A stretch of 32,000 nucleotides of DNA, from assembly GCF_051307035.1 (NCBI RefSeq), contig NZ_CP195536.1, positions 780,001-812,000 of the forward strand. The letters are read 5' to 3'. The notes beneath the pieces are model-generated. The model was not told where the DNA came from, searched no databases, and worked only from the letters and a program-made list of their open reading frames with translations. Every line of letters begins with the position of its first letter. Positions within the stretch are counted from its first letter, which is position 1. A program made the translations under genes and the position numbers. The stretch is from Psychrobacter sp. DM4 (GTDB lineage Bacteria; Pseudomonadota; Gammaproteobacteria; Pseudomonadales; Moraxellaceae). This document shows positions 8,755 through 17,900 of this stretch, one piece after another.

Positions 8755-9396
8755 GTGGATACTGAAATCATCAAAATTATCTTAGCCTTTGTGGTCTTGA
8801 TCAACCCCTTTAGTGCATTGACCTTGTTTTTGGATTTGACGCGCGGCTACTCGATGATCAATCGACGTAAAGTTGCCCGTATTGCTTGTTTGACTATTTT
8901 TATCACCATTAGCTTTTTTACGGTAGCAGGAGAGCTGTTGCTAAAAGCTCTAGGCATCTCTATCGGCTCGTTTCAGCTGGCAGGGGGTATATTAGTGTTC
9001 TTAATTGCCCTTAACATGATGAATGGTGAGGGTAATCCAGTAAAACCGGATCAAGAGAACTTCGATGTTGATCACATCCAAAGCTCGCCGCCAAGTACTG
9101 CATCTGCCGTCGTACCCTTAGCTATTCCAATGATGATAGGGCCTGGCGGCATCTCAACCGTAATTATTTACTCTTCACAAGTTTCTGGCATCTTAAAAGT
9201 CTCTGCGGTATTGATCGCAGGCTTACTGATTAGCCTGTTCTGTTATCTAGCGCTAATGGCAGCAGGACGCATCAGTCGCTTACTGGGCGATACTGGCCTC
9301 AACATCATGAGCCGAATTATGGGAATGCTGCTCGCTGCGGTCTCTATTGAGATTATCGTCAGTGGTTTGCGTACGCTATTTCCTGATCTGCTGTAG
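8755..9396 (+). CDS. MarC-family (UPF0056) integral membrane protein
   Basis: The 213-aa protein has a GTG start and is polytopic. The N-terminus IIKIILAFVVLINPFSALTLFL and the overall layout are typical of MarC/UPF0056 proteins. Confidence 0.75.
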   Translation: MDTEIIKIILAFVVLINPFSALTLFLDLTRGYSMINRRKVARIACLTIFITISFFTVAGELLLKALGISIGSFQLAGGILVFLIALNMMNGEGNPVKPDQENFDVDHIQSSPPSTASAVVPLAIPMMIGPGGISTVIIYSSQVSGILKVSAVLIAGLLISLFCYLALMAAGRISRLLGDTGLNIMSRIMGMLLAAVSIEIIVSGLRTLFPDLL

Positions 9397-9550
9397 AGTC
9401 TGTTACAAGTTGTCTTTTTGCACTCAACTTAGTACATTCATGCTTAATTGTTTGTTTCGATATTAAGAGTGCTTAGTTTAAGTACTAAGTCTAAGCACCA
9501 AACAATATGTCGAAGCCTCAGATGTAAAAATAGCTTTTAATATAAAAAGA

Positions 9551-9579
9551 CCAAACATACCCAGTATGTTTGGTTTTTT
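9551..9579. terminator. Bidirectional rho-independent terminator between convergent genes
   Basis: CCAAACATA (9551-9559) pairs with TATGTTTGG (9565-9573). The stem is flanked by AAAAAGA upstream and TTTTTT downstream. It lies between the MarC-family gene (+) and the LysE-family gene (-). Confidence 0.65.
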
Positions 9580-9629
9580 CGCGTCTCTATTTTTATTTTT
9601 GCATATTGCTTCATATAAAATTTACAGGG

Positions 9630-10232
9630 TTAGCTACGGTACAAGTGCCATGCTAAATAGAACATAAGCAGTCCGACTAGCGCATCCAAGATATTCCATG
9701 CTTTCGGCTTAGCAAATAGCGGTTTGAGTAGCCTTGCACCATAGCCAAGCCCAAAGAAAAACACAAAAGAGGCGCTGACGGCGCCGAGTGCGAATACCAA
9801 TTTACTACTAGCGCCTGTTGAAACCATGCCTACGAGCACCAAGGTATCTAAGTAGACGTGCGGATTAAGCCAAGTAAACCCAAAGCAGAGTAGCAAGGAT
9901 TTTTTTAGGCTCGTGACCACTTGTCCCTCGACAGTCAAGGCATGAGACACACGCACGCTGGCGTATAAACTTTGAAGTCCGTACCCTAACAAGAACACGA
10001 CGCCTGCAATCTTGGCGATACTGACCACTTGCGGGAAACGGGCAGTCACTGTGCTAAACCCTGCTACGCCAGCTGAGATAAGTAGGGCGTCACTCACCGC
10101 ACAAAACAGGCAGATATAAAAGATATGCTCACGTCGAAGGCCTTGTTTGAGGACAAAGGCGTTTTGTGAGCCGATAGCAATAATGAGCGATAAGCCAAGC
10201 AAAAAACCAGAGATATAATCAGGGGCATTCAT
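9630..10232 (-). CDS. LysE/ArgO-family basic amino-acid exporter
   Basis: The 200-aa six-TM-type protein has IGSQNAFVLKQGLRREH, SDALLISAGV and the block TWLNPHVYLDT, which it shares with E. coli ArgO as I recall it. Confidence 0.85.
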   Translation of the reverse strand: MNAPDYISGFLLGLSLIIAIGSQNAFVLKQGLRREHIFYICLFCAVSDALLISAGVAGFSTVTARFPQVVSIAKIAGVVFLLGYGLQSLYASVRVSHALTVEGQVVTSLKKSLLLCFGFTWLNPHVYLDTLVLVGMVSTGASSKLVFALGAVSASFVFFFGLGYGARLLKPLFAKPKAWNILDALVGLLMFYLAWHLYRS

Positions 10233-10423
10233 AGTATTTTGCTCGAATAGTAAGGGAGAAATGGTGACGTTTGCTTACTGGCAGCGCCGCAAAAAACTGT
10301 TAAGATACGGTATCAGGCCTGTGCTTGCAAGCTATAAAGCAGCATGTAAAATGGCCGCAAGCGCAGATGATAAGTTTGACTAAAAAGTACTACTAAGATA
10401 ATAGGCGAGGAGTAAAGCCGGTC

Positions 10424-11236
10424 ATGGTGTTAAGTTTGGCAAGAATGCTACAGTCATTTGGGCAAGAGCAAGATGATTTGCCGACTACGGCTGCCAAAAA
10501 TGCACAGCAGGCGGCTATGAATACCGATAATAATACTCAAATTCAAGGGCAGGCTCAAAATCAAAATGCACAGAGCGGTGCGCAAAATACAGGCGTGCAA
10601 ACCCTAGATTCCCAAACTCTGGATTCCCAAACTTTGGTTTCACCACTACGTGAACCAAAGCGTGTTGAGCGTATTTGTGATGCGCTAGCACAAGTGAGCA
10701 ATGTCGGTACGCCAACCCCTCTCACCGATAGATATATGGCTAATCGTGCCCAGTGGCGCTCGCCTAATCGCCCTCCCTTTGACCCCGATACCTTGTGGTA
10801 TCTCAAACATGGACGTTGTCCGATTATGACTGAACTGGTTGAAGTGGTCGATGAGGCCACCCTAAATGCGATGCCGATTGAAGCGGTCGCTATCCTTGAC
10901 CGTATCAATGGCAAGCTCAAACGCTACCGTGAGTGGAGCCAAGAGCTGAACGAGCAGCAACAGCAGCAGCACAATGAGCGTCAATTCGTTATTGATAAAC
11001 TGGTGACTGAGAGCATTCCAGAAGCTCTATATCACTATGAGCAGCTACAACGTTTTAGTCCCCACCGTACCAAAAATAACATAGCTCAGGGCAGTATGAC
11101 GGCAGGGGATATGCTTACCGATTTATTCCTTGAGATCGACTACGAGCTTGATGAGCTTTTAGATGAGTTGCATCAAACCGTTCTCAACCGCTTAGCTTCA
11201 ACGCACCGTTATGTCAAAAGTCGTACGCAAAATTAA
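10424..11236 (+). CDS. Hypothetical protein, paralogue 1 of 3 (Q/N-rich N-terminus, no TM segment)
   Basis: The 270-aa ORF shares three collinear motifs with the next two genes: MPIEAVAILDRINGK, SIPEALYHYEQL and ELDELLDEL...RYV. Confidence 0.6.
   Translation: MVLSLARMLQSFGQEQDDLPTTAAKNAQQAAMNTDNNTQIQGQAQNQNAQSGAQNTGVQTLDSQTLDSQTLVSPLREPKRVERICDALAQVSNVGTPTPLTDRYMANRAQWRSPNRPPFDPDTLWYLKHGRCPIMTELVEVVDEATLNAMPIEAVAILDRINGKLKRYREWSQELNEQQQQQHNERQFVIDKLVTESIPEALYHYEQLQRFSPHRTKNNIAQGSMTAGDMLTDLFLEIDYELDELLDELHQTVLNRLASTHRYVKSRTQN
10598..10642 (+). repeat. In-frame 15-nt tandem repeat (about 3 copies) encoding QTLDS-QTLDS-QTLVS
   Basis: Read directly as caaaccctagattcc / caaactctggattcc / caaactttggtttca. 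It is preceded by Q/N/A-rich low-complexity coding sequence. Confidence 0.8.
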
Positions 11237-11274
11237 CTCTTTTTGCCATAATCTAAACAAAAAAGGAAAAATCA

Positions 11275-11868
11275 ATGACTCAAGTGACTGCCATGTTCGT
11301 AATGTTTATCCTATACGGGGTGCTACCAGTGGCGGGTATCTATTTGGGTTATCGCGGTATCAAAAAAGTCACTGCGCCCAAAATGCTTGAATACGAAGCG
11401 ATGCCGCAACTTGGTTATATCCCTGAGAAAAGTCTGCCAAATGATGTCAAAACCGCTCTAACTCAGATTAATACCAAGGGTGAAAAACTATCTTTGATTT
11501 ATGGTGATACTAATAATGATGGTAAAATTGATGATAAAGATACGGTAACTGAAACCTATATTATGATTCAAAACTTGATGGATAAGCACATTCCTGAAGC
11601 CGTCGCTGATTATCGTCGTTTGCATGACTTAGAGGGTACGCGCGCAGATACAACTAAGATTAAGAACTCTAACGTTACAGGTAAAGAGGCATTACTTGAG
11701 GTACTAGGGACGATTAATATTCAATTTGATGATTTGCTTAATGCGTCATACCATCAAGACGGTCAAAAGCTACTGGTGACCAATCGCTACTTGCAACAGC
11801 GTTTCAATAATCCTACTCAAGACAATACTGTGCAAGTATTACAAACGACCCATTTAGACAAGGAATAG
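11275..11868 (+). CDS. Hypothetical single-pass membrane protein, paralogue 2 of 3
   Basis: The 197-aa ORF is preceded by AAAGGAAAA. It has an N-terminal TM segment, VTAMFVMFILYGVLPVAGIYLGYRG. The shared motifs are LPNDVKTALTQINTK, HIPEAVADYRRL and QFDDLLNAS...RYL. Confidence 0.65.
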   Translation: MTQVTAMFVMFILYGVLPVAGIYLGYRGIKKVTAPKMLEYEAMPQLGYIPEKSLPNDVKTALTQINTKGEKLSLIYGDTNNDGKIDDKDTVTETYIMIQNLMDKHIPEAVADYRRLHDLEGTRADTTKIKNSNVTGKEALLEVLGTINIQFDDLLNASYHQDGQKLLVTNRYLQQRFNNPTQDNTVQVLQTTHLDKE

Positions 11869-11936
11869 GGAAAATTACGCAGGATACTACTAACGCGAGT
11901 AAGGGTTAGAGGGTTAAGAGTAAGAGGGTAACTTAT

Positions 11937-12494
11937 ATGAGTATTCTAATAGGTATCGGTGTCGCAGGTACAGTGGCTACTATTTATTTAGGTCGAAAAG
12001 GCTGGCATGCGTTGCACAAAGCCGTTGGCATTACTCCAGGCGTACTCACGTATCACGACTCGCAGACGCCGAGGTTACTTAATCAGGCGAGATGGCAACA
12101 ACTTAAATTGAATAAAGAGCATTTAAGCTGCCTGCCTAATAGCCAATTGAGTCAGCTCCAGCGTATTGATAATAAAGTGGCAAACTTCGATAACTACCAG
12201 CAGAGCATGCAAAAGCAAAATATAACGCCTGCGATCAGCGAGTCACAATTTATCGTCAATAAGCTATTACAGACAAGACTGCCTGAAATGTTAGCGAGTT
12301 ACTATCATCTAATGACGATGGATGGATATACTAATACAAACCGTTATGAGAGACATAACGAGGCCAGTGAGTTATTACAACAGGTGCTAGATAACATAGA
12401 GACGCGCTTAGACAGTTTACTAAAGAGCGTAGAGCGACAGCATTTACAGGATTTAAAAGTGATGAAAAATTATGTGGACAGTCAAAACGTTTAG
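11937..12494 (+). CDS. Hypothetical single-pass membrane protein, paralogue 3 of 3
   Basis: The 185-aa ORF has an N-terminal TM segment, ILIGIGVAGTVATIYLGRKG. The shared motifs are LPNSQLSQLQRIDNK, RLPEMLASYYHL and RLDSLLKSV...NYV. Confidence 0.65.
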   Translation: MSILIGIGVAGTVATIYLGRKGWHALHKAVGITPGVLTYHDSQTPRLLNQARWQQLKLNKEHLSCLPNSQLSQLQRIDNKVANFDNYQQSMQKQNITPAISESQFIVNKLLQTRLPEMLASYYHLMTMDGYTNTNRYERHNEASELLQQVLDNIETRLDSLLKSVERQHLQDLKVMKNYVDSQNV

Positions 12495-12523
12495 AGATTA
12501 GTAGTTAAACGTTTAAGTCCAAT

Positions 12524-12561
12524 AAAAAGCTGCCAGCGATAATTATCACTGGCAGCTTTTT
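12524..12561. terminator. Bidirectional rho-independent terminator (paralogue array / rluB)
   Basis: AAAAAGCTGCCAG pairs with CTGGCAGCTTTTT around a 12-nt loop. The GC stem is 12529-12536 / 12549-12556, with an A-run on one side and a T-run on the other. Confidence 0.75.
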
Positions 12562-12590
12562 GTTTGTAAATATAAGGCTTAACTTAAATA

Positions 12591-13526
12591 CTAACGCTTG
12601 TCGTTACGATCACGAGTATTGCGCGTTCCGCGGCTGGCAGGACTACCGCTGCTTTTTGGCTTTTCGCTATTGCGGCTACGATTATCACCACTGCTACGAC
12701 TATCCGTACGACGCGCTTTTAGTGGCTTGTTCTTAATGCGTTCTTGCTTGTCTTTGGCCGCACCATGTAACCCTGTGCCATAACGCGGACGCAAGCTAAC
12801 TAGATCAGTTAACGTGTTGATATCTTTTTTGTCCAATTCGATATGACGACCTGTACGCAGCTCTTTTGGTAGATCTATACTACCGTAGCGCGTACGTAAT
12901 AGACGGCTAACCTTGAGACCTTGCGACTCAAACAGACGACGAACTTCGCGGTTACGACCTTCTTTGAGCTGTACATGATACCACTTATTGACGCCTTCAC
13001 CGCCGCCCGCTTTGATATCCTCAAACTGCGCCATGCCATCCTCTAGCATCACGCCTGAAGTCAAGTTGCGAGCGATATCTGGCGTCACTTCACCCAGTAT
13101 GCGCACCGCGTACTCACGAGTGATCTCACTAGAGGGATGCATCAAGCGATGTGCCATCTCGCCGTCATTAGTGAACAACAGCAGACCTGAGGAGTTAATA
13201 TCCAACCGACCGACCATGACCCAACGATCATGAGTCAGTTTCGGCAAGCGCTCAAATACGGTTGGACGACCCTCTGGATCGTTCGCTGAACAAATCTCGC
13301 CCTCAGGCTTGTAATAAGCGATAACGCGGCGACGCTTTTCATTCTCAGCGGTGTATTTGATCTGACGACCATCAACGCGGAGCTCATCACCGGGGCTGAC
13401 GCGATCGCCAATAGTTGCAGGCCCATTATTGACGGAAACGCGTCCGGCTTTGATGACTTCTTCCATCTGACGGCGTGAGCCAAGACCCATACGGGCGAGC
13501 GCTTTTTGTAATTTCTCATCTTTCAT
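12591..13526 (-). CDS. rluB: 23S rRNA pseudouridine synthase RluB
   Basis: It has an S4 domain (KLQKALARMGLGSRRQMEEVIKAGRVSVNN), the catalytic block GRLDINSSGLLLFTNDGE, and a long basic C-terminal tail. I placed the start at ATG 13526-13524 (MKDEKLQK), which is preceded by AAGGAAAG. The track start at 13583 adds an unlikely 19 aa. Confidence 0.9.
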   Translation of the reverse strand: MKDEKLQKALARMGLGSRRQMEEVIKAGRVSVNNGPATIGDRVSPGDELRVDGRQIKYTAENEKRRRVIAYYKPEGEICSANDPEGRPTVFERLPKLTHDRWVMVGRLDINSSGLLLFTNDGEMAHRLMHPSSEITREYAVRILGEVTPDIARNLTSGVMLEDGMAQFEDIKAGGGEGVNKWYHVQLKEGRNREVRRLFESQGLKVSRLLRTRYGSIDLPKELRTGRHIELDKKDINTLTDLVSLRPRYGTGLHGAAKDKQERIKNKPLKARRTDSRSSGDNRSRNSEKPKSSGSPASRGTRNTRDRNDKR

Positions 13527-14004
13527 AATACTTTCCTTGAGTCGGTTAGGGCTACATTTCTCAATGTAGTATTGATAATACAATCATTGACTATTCTACG
13601 CTAAATATAAGTGTTATACAGCACTTTCAACTGATTCTAACCAAATGGCTTCTCATGCAAGAGTGATGACTTGTGATTGCCTAGTTTGAGTTACTTAGAT
13701 ATGAGGACTAGATATTTATATAAAGATATTGTTATATAAGGATGATAATACATAAAAGTACTGATACACAAAAATACATCTGTCTATCAATCATGTTGCT
13801 TACTTATTTATGTGTCCGTGATTTTTAAGTATGACGTTACGGAATAGTAATTTTAACCAAAAAAACAACCTATTAGTTCAATCTATAATCACATATGTTA
13901 TTATGACATTGTTTTTTTTGCTTACAAAATAATAGTCTCCTGATTGAGTTGTCAGTTTGGTATTAAAACTTGTGATCATTTCTAGTTTATTAAGGGTCTT
14001 ATAT

Positions 14005-15081
14005 ATGCATCAATCATCTAAGCTACTGGCTACAACAAGCTTACTATCGATTAGTTTGCTATCTGGTTGTGCAACGACGACTATTAATTCTGGATTACAA
14101 GTAGGTGATTTGCCACCAGTAGGCGTTTTCACTGCTGAGAATGGCATTGAGTTTATGGTACAGCCTCTCACTTTAACTACATTACCGCCCAAACGGGTAG
14201 TTCAGCCGAGTCAGGATTTGCAGCGTTTAGTAAGAACCTCTAACCGCGTAGACTATCGTATAGCTAAGGGTGATGTTCTTAGTATCATACTTGTAGATTA
14301 CCCGAACATTAATGCTTCGACAGCAAGTTTAGTCGTTGACCAACAAGGTTTGGTTCAGATTCCTCTTATAGGTCGTATCCAAGCAAGTGGCATGAGTGTT
14401 CCTCAATTCACCTCTAAACTACGAGGCCAATTGCAACGATATCTAAAATATTCGGACCCTCAAGTCAAAGTGATTGAATATACCGGCAACAGCTTCATTA
14501 TTGATGGTCAAGTCAATAAATCAGGCGAATTTAACATCACTGATGCACCCGTATCGTTGTACAGTGCAATCTCCATGGCAGGCGGAGTGACTCCTACAGG
14601 TGATTCTAATAACATCACCCTGAATCGCAATGGCACAAGCTACAAAATAAATCTACAATCACTTCGCGAAATAGGATCATCAGCCAATCAAATTTATGTG
14701 CAAGATGGTGATTCAATCTTTATCGATGATCTTGATACTAATAAAGTATATGTTTTAGGCGAATTTGGTAGAGTCGCGCCAGTACCTATATTAGAGCAAG
14801 GACTCAATTTGGCTCAGGTTATAGGGGAGTCTGCAGGTCTCAACTCTAATACTGCCAATGCTGCTAAAGTCTATGTGGTTCGCGATGATACTGGCTATCA
14901 ACGCACAAAAATTTATTACGTAGATATGCAGACTATTACAAGTTTTCCATTAGCGAATCGTTTTGAGATGCTACCCAATGATATTGTGTATGTCGATCCT
15001 ACAGGGCTAACTCGTTGGAACCGAGTGCTCAGTGCGTTGTTGCCGTCTTCGTCTGCGATCAGAAGCATATCAACCTTTTAG
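14005..15081 (+). CDS. wza: Polysaccharide export outer-membrane lipoprotein Wza
   Basis: From ATG 14005 the N-terminus MHQSSKLLATTSLLSISLLSGC gives a signal peptide plus lipobox. The Poly_export motif is YRIAKGDVLSIILV...VDQQGLVQIPLIGRIQASGMSVPQFTSKL, followed by SLBB-like repeats. The gene lies just upstream of wzb-wzc. Confidence 0.9.
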   Translation: MHQSSKLLATTSLLSISLLSGCATTTINSGLQVGDLPPVGVFTAENGIEFMVQPLTLTTLPPKRVVQPSQDLQRLVRTSNRVDYRIAKGDVLSIILVDYPNINASTASLVVDQQGLVQIPLIGRIQASGMSVPQFTSKLRGQLQRYLKYSDPQVKVIEYTGNSFIIDGQVNKSGEFNITDAPVSLYSAISMAGGVTPTGDSNNITLNRNGTSYKINLQSLREIGSSANQIYVQDGDSIFIDDLDTNKVYVLGEFGRVAPVPILEQGLNLAQVIGESAGLNSNTANAAKVYVVRDDTGYQRTKIYYVDMQTITSFPLANRFEMLPNDIVYVDPTGLTRWNRVLSALLPSSSAIRSISTF

Positions 15082-15096
15082 GTAAAGTGATAAATT

Positions 15097-15528
15097 ATGA
15101 GCTTTAATAACATCTTGGTGGTTTGTGTAGGCAACATATGCCGTAGTCCGATAGCAGAAGCGCTACTGCAAGAAAAGTACCCTGACAAACATATAGAGTC
15201 TGCAGGTCTTGGTGCACTAGTTGGGAATCCAGTTGATCCCAACTCGCAAGAAGTTATGGCACCCTACAATATAGATATGTCGAATCACGTTGCCAAGCAA
15301 ATTGATGAAAACTTGGTAATGAGAGCAGATTTAATATTTACAATGTCTGACGGTCAGACGAAATGGATAGAAGAGCGTTGGCCACATTGTCGAGGCAAGA
15401 CCTTTAAGATAGGTCATTGGAATGATCAAGACATCGCTGACCCTTATCGACATGATATCTCTTTATTTGAGACAGCGAGACAGGATATTGTCGATAGCAT
15501 AGAACCTTGGATTAACAAGATTAGTTGA
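15097..15528 (+). CDS. wzb: Low-molecular-weight protein-tyrosine phosphatase Wzb
   Basis: The 143-aa protein has the CX5R(S/T) P-loop VCVGNICRSP near the N-terminus and a DP loop (DIADPY). Confidence 0.9.
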   Translation: MSFNNILVVCVGNICRSPIAEALLQEKYPDKHIESAGLGALVGNPVDPNSQEVMAPYNIDMSNHVAKQIDENLVMRADLIFTMSDGQTKWIEERWPHCRGKTFKIGHWNDQDIADPYRHDISLFETARQDIVDSIEPWINKIS

Positions 15529-15590
15529 AGAACCATAATAACCAACTTATTACTGTTAAAAAACTAACTTAAAATGACGAATATATAGTT

Positions 15591-17795
15591 ATGACTTCAG
15601 ATTCAAAGAACCTATCGAGACCTGCTACAGATGATACCAGCGATGTAAATATACTGGTTCTTTTGTTTTCTATATTGCGTGGTTGGAAGACAATACTATT
15701 TTTTGCGTTATTAGGGCTACTCATAGGTGTGCTATATAGCCGCTATGAAACGACTACATTCCAATCAGATGCTCTTATTCAGATCGAAAGTAGCTCAGGA
15801 GGGATCTCAGCATTGGGGTCTGGTATCTCCGATTTAGTCCCTTCAGAATCTAGTCCTGCACAGACAGAAGCTGAGCTGATAAAGTCACGTATGGTACTGA
15901 AACCTGTAGTTGACTTACTTAATCTTTCGATACGTTTAAATGATCCAACTGTAACTGCGATCGATAAAATTCAAAGCAATCGTACTTATTCTCAAGAAAA
16001 CCTCCCTACCTATGTGCTATTAGAAACCAGTGATGGTCAAGCTCAAGTAAGCCAGTTTGATGTATCAGAGGACTACCTTGATACGCTATTTACTTTGGTG
16101 AGCTCTGATAACGGCTTTACTTTGACTAGTGGTTTTGACACTTTCAAAGGTCAATTAAATAAGTCTAATCGCTTCAATGGTACTCAAGGTTTAATTGAGA
16201 TTACAGTCAATGAGTTACCTAGTGATGATCGTCCTATCAGTATCACTAAGCAGTCGCTTCAAAACACTACAAATGCGATCAATAGTGCTTTAACTGTAGC
16301 GGAAGTCGGTAATCAGACTGGTATCATTGAACTAAAAATGGTTGGGTCGAACCAAGATCAGATTAGTCGAGTTTTACGACAAATTGTATTGTCTTATATG
16401 GATCAGAACAACTCTCGTGGCTCAGAAGAGACGACCAAAACTTTAGATTTTATGGAAACTCAAATCCCAGATTTGAGGAAAGAGCTTGAGGACTCTGAAG
16501 CTGCTTTCAATAAGTTCCGTACTGAGAATGGTACTATCGATATTGAACAAGAAGCATCAATCTTAGTAGCTGAGAATGCTCGAATTGATAGCCAGTTAAG
16601 TGAGCTCAGACTAAAAAAAGCAGATTTGACAACATACTATACTGATGAACATCCATTAGTTATACAAGTTGACGATCAAATTGCAGAGTTACAAAGCAGA
16701 ATCCAAGAAGTTGATACTAGAATAGAAGGACTTCCTGAAATACAAAGAGAGTTCTTACAACTATCTGAAGACGTTAGTATCAACAGAGAAATTTATTTAG
16801 CGTTACTCAAAAACTATCAACAACTCCAGATCGTAAAGGCAGGTCAAGTAGGATTTGCGCGCATTATTGATTTGCCAATTAATACTTACCGTGCTATAGC
16901 GCCGAAAAAATCGCTGATTGTCTTAATTGCTACACTAACGGGATTATTACTCGGTATTATGGCAGTTTTGCTTAAAAACATGCTTAGAAGTGTGGTCAAA
17001 GATCCTGATCGTTTGGAGTCAAAAACAGGTGTACCTGTGATAGCTACTATTCCACGGTCACCATTATTGGCCAGATTAAACAAAAGTAAAAAATCGGCCA
17101 GTAGATTGCTTGCTCATAATGATGTTAATAGTCTTAGTTATGAAGCTATCAAAAGTCTACGAACTAGCCTGATGTTCGGTATGCCATCCGAGAGCAAATC
17201 TGGACATCGTGCGAAGGTTATACTCATTACTGGTGAGAGTCCAGGAGTCGGTAAGTCATTTATATCATCGAACTTAGCTGAGGTGTTCTCTCAGCTAAAT
17301 AAAAAGATACTAGTTATTGATGCTGACATGCGTTTGGGTGAGCTACACAAAGTATTTAATATGACGCAGGATAATGGACTGGCAGATTACTTTCAGCAAG
17401 AGGGTCAGAATCTAGTTGATGTTGTTCATCCGACTAGCTTAGACGGTGTAGACTTTATACCTAGAGGAAAAAAACCTCATAATCCAGCATCTCTACTATC
17501 TAGTGACAAGTTTAGTGGTTTAATGACAGAAGTCAGTGCACATTATGATTACATTGTTATAGACTCGCCGCCTGTACTCGCCGCCTCCGATGCAATGATA
17601 CTAGCGCAATATGCTGACAAAGTACTGATGGTGACTAGATTCGATAAGTCTATAGAAGGACAGCTAGTATATGCAGTTAAGCAACTTAATAAAGCTAATG
17701 TAAATGTTGATGGCCTAATCCTTAACGATGTAAAACAAGGTTTAATTGGCAAATACAGTTACCATTATAATTATGCATATGGTAATACTAAGTAA
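15591..17795 (+). CDS. wzc: Polysaccharide co-polymerase / BY-kinase tyrosine autokinase Wzc
   Basis: The 734-aa protein has an N-terminal TM segment, a large periplasmic coiled region and a second TM segment. The kinase domain carries Walker A GESPGVGKS, Walker A' VIDADMR and Walker B DYIVIDSPP. The C-terminal tyrosine cluster is KYSYHYNYAYG. Confidence 0.92.
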   Translation: MTSDSKNLSRPATDDTSDVNILVLLFSILRGWKTILFFALLGLLIGVLYSRYETTTFQSDALIQIESSSGGISALGSGISDLVPSESSPAQTEAELIKSRMVLKPVVDLLNLSIRLNDPTVTAIDKIQSNRTYSQENLPTYVLLETSDGQAQVSQFDVSEDYLDTLFTLVSSDNGFTLTSGFDTFKGQLNKSNRFNGTQGLIEITVNELPSDDRPISITKQSLQNTTNAINSALTVAEVGNQTGIIELKMVGSNQDQISRVLRQIVLSYMDQNNSRGSEETTKTLDFMETQIPDLRKELEDSEAAFNKFRTENGTIDIEQEASILVAENARIDSQLSELRLKKADLTTYYTDEHPLVIQVDDQIAELQSRIQEVDTRIEGLPEIQREFLQLSEDVSINREIYLALLKNYQQLQIVKAGQVGFARIIDLPINTYRAIAPKKSLIVLIATLTGLLLGIMAVLLKNMLRSVVKDPDRLESKTGVPVIATIPRSPLLARLNKSKKSASRLLAHNDVNSLSYEAIKSLRTSLMFGMPSESKSGHRAKVILITGESPGVGKSFISSNLAEVFSQLNKKILVIDADMRLGELHKVFNMTQDNGLADYFQQEGQNLVDVVHPTSLDGVDFIPRGKKPHNPASLLSSDKFSGLMTEVSAHYDYIVIDSPPVLAASDAMILAQYADKVLMVTRFDKSIEGQLVYAVKQLNKANVNVDGLILNDVKQGLIGKYSYHYNYAYGNTK

Positions 17796-17900
17796 AAAGC
17801 GTATACCATCGCAATCTAGTCAGAAACTTGATATATAAATAGATATTTTTATATTTATATTTTTTAACTTTTTTTAATTTCAAGATTAGTTGGGTAAACT

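Noticed and set aside
9469-9498. An inverted repeat, GTGCTTAG...CTAAGCAC, downstream of the MarC-family gene.
   Set aside because: It has an 8-bp stem with a 14-nt loop and no U-tract. The clear terminator is the hairpin at 9551-9579. There is no evidence for an sRNA.
10261-10383. A small 40-codon ORF (MVTFAYWQRRKKLLRYGIRPVLASYKAACKMAASADDKFD) preceded by GGGAG, in the LysE-family / paralogue-1 intergenic region.
   Set aside because: The Shine-Dalgarno-to-ATG spacing is only 2 nt, and there is no homology or conservation evidence available. It could be a real small protein, but I cannot support it. Ribo-seq or conservation analysis would decide.
13527-13583. A 19-aa N-terminal extension of rluB (MYYQYYIEKCSPNRLKESI).
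   Set aside because: The internal ATG at 13526 has a good AAGGAAAG Shine-Dalgarno and starts right at the S4 domain. The extension has no support.
13957-14004. A TTG-initiated 16-aa extension of wza.
   Set aside because: ATG 14005 yields a canonical lipoprotein signal peptide with the LSGC lipobox. The extension would bury it.
17828-17855. Sigma70-like hexamers TTGATA, 16 nt, then TATATT in the wzc-tviB gap.
   Set aside because: The gap is almost pure A/T, so such matches are expected by chance. I do not report it as a feature without transcript data.
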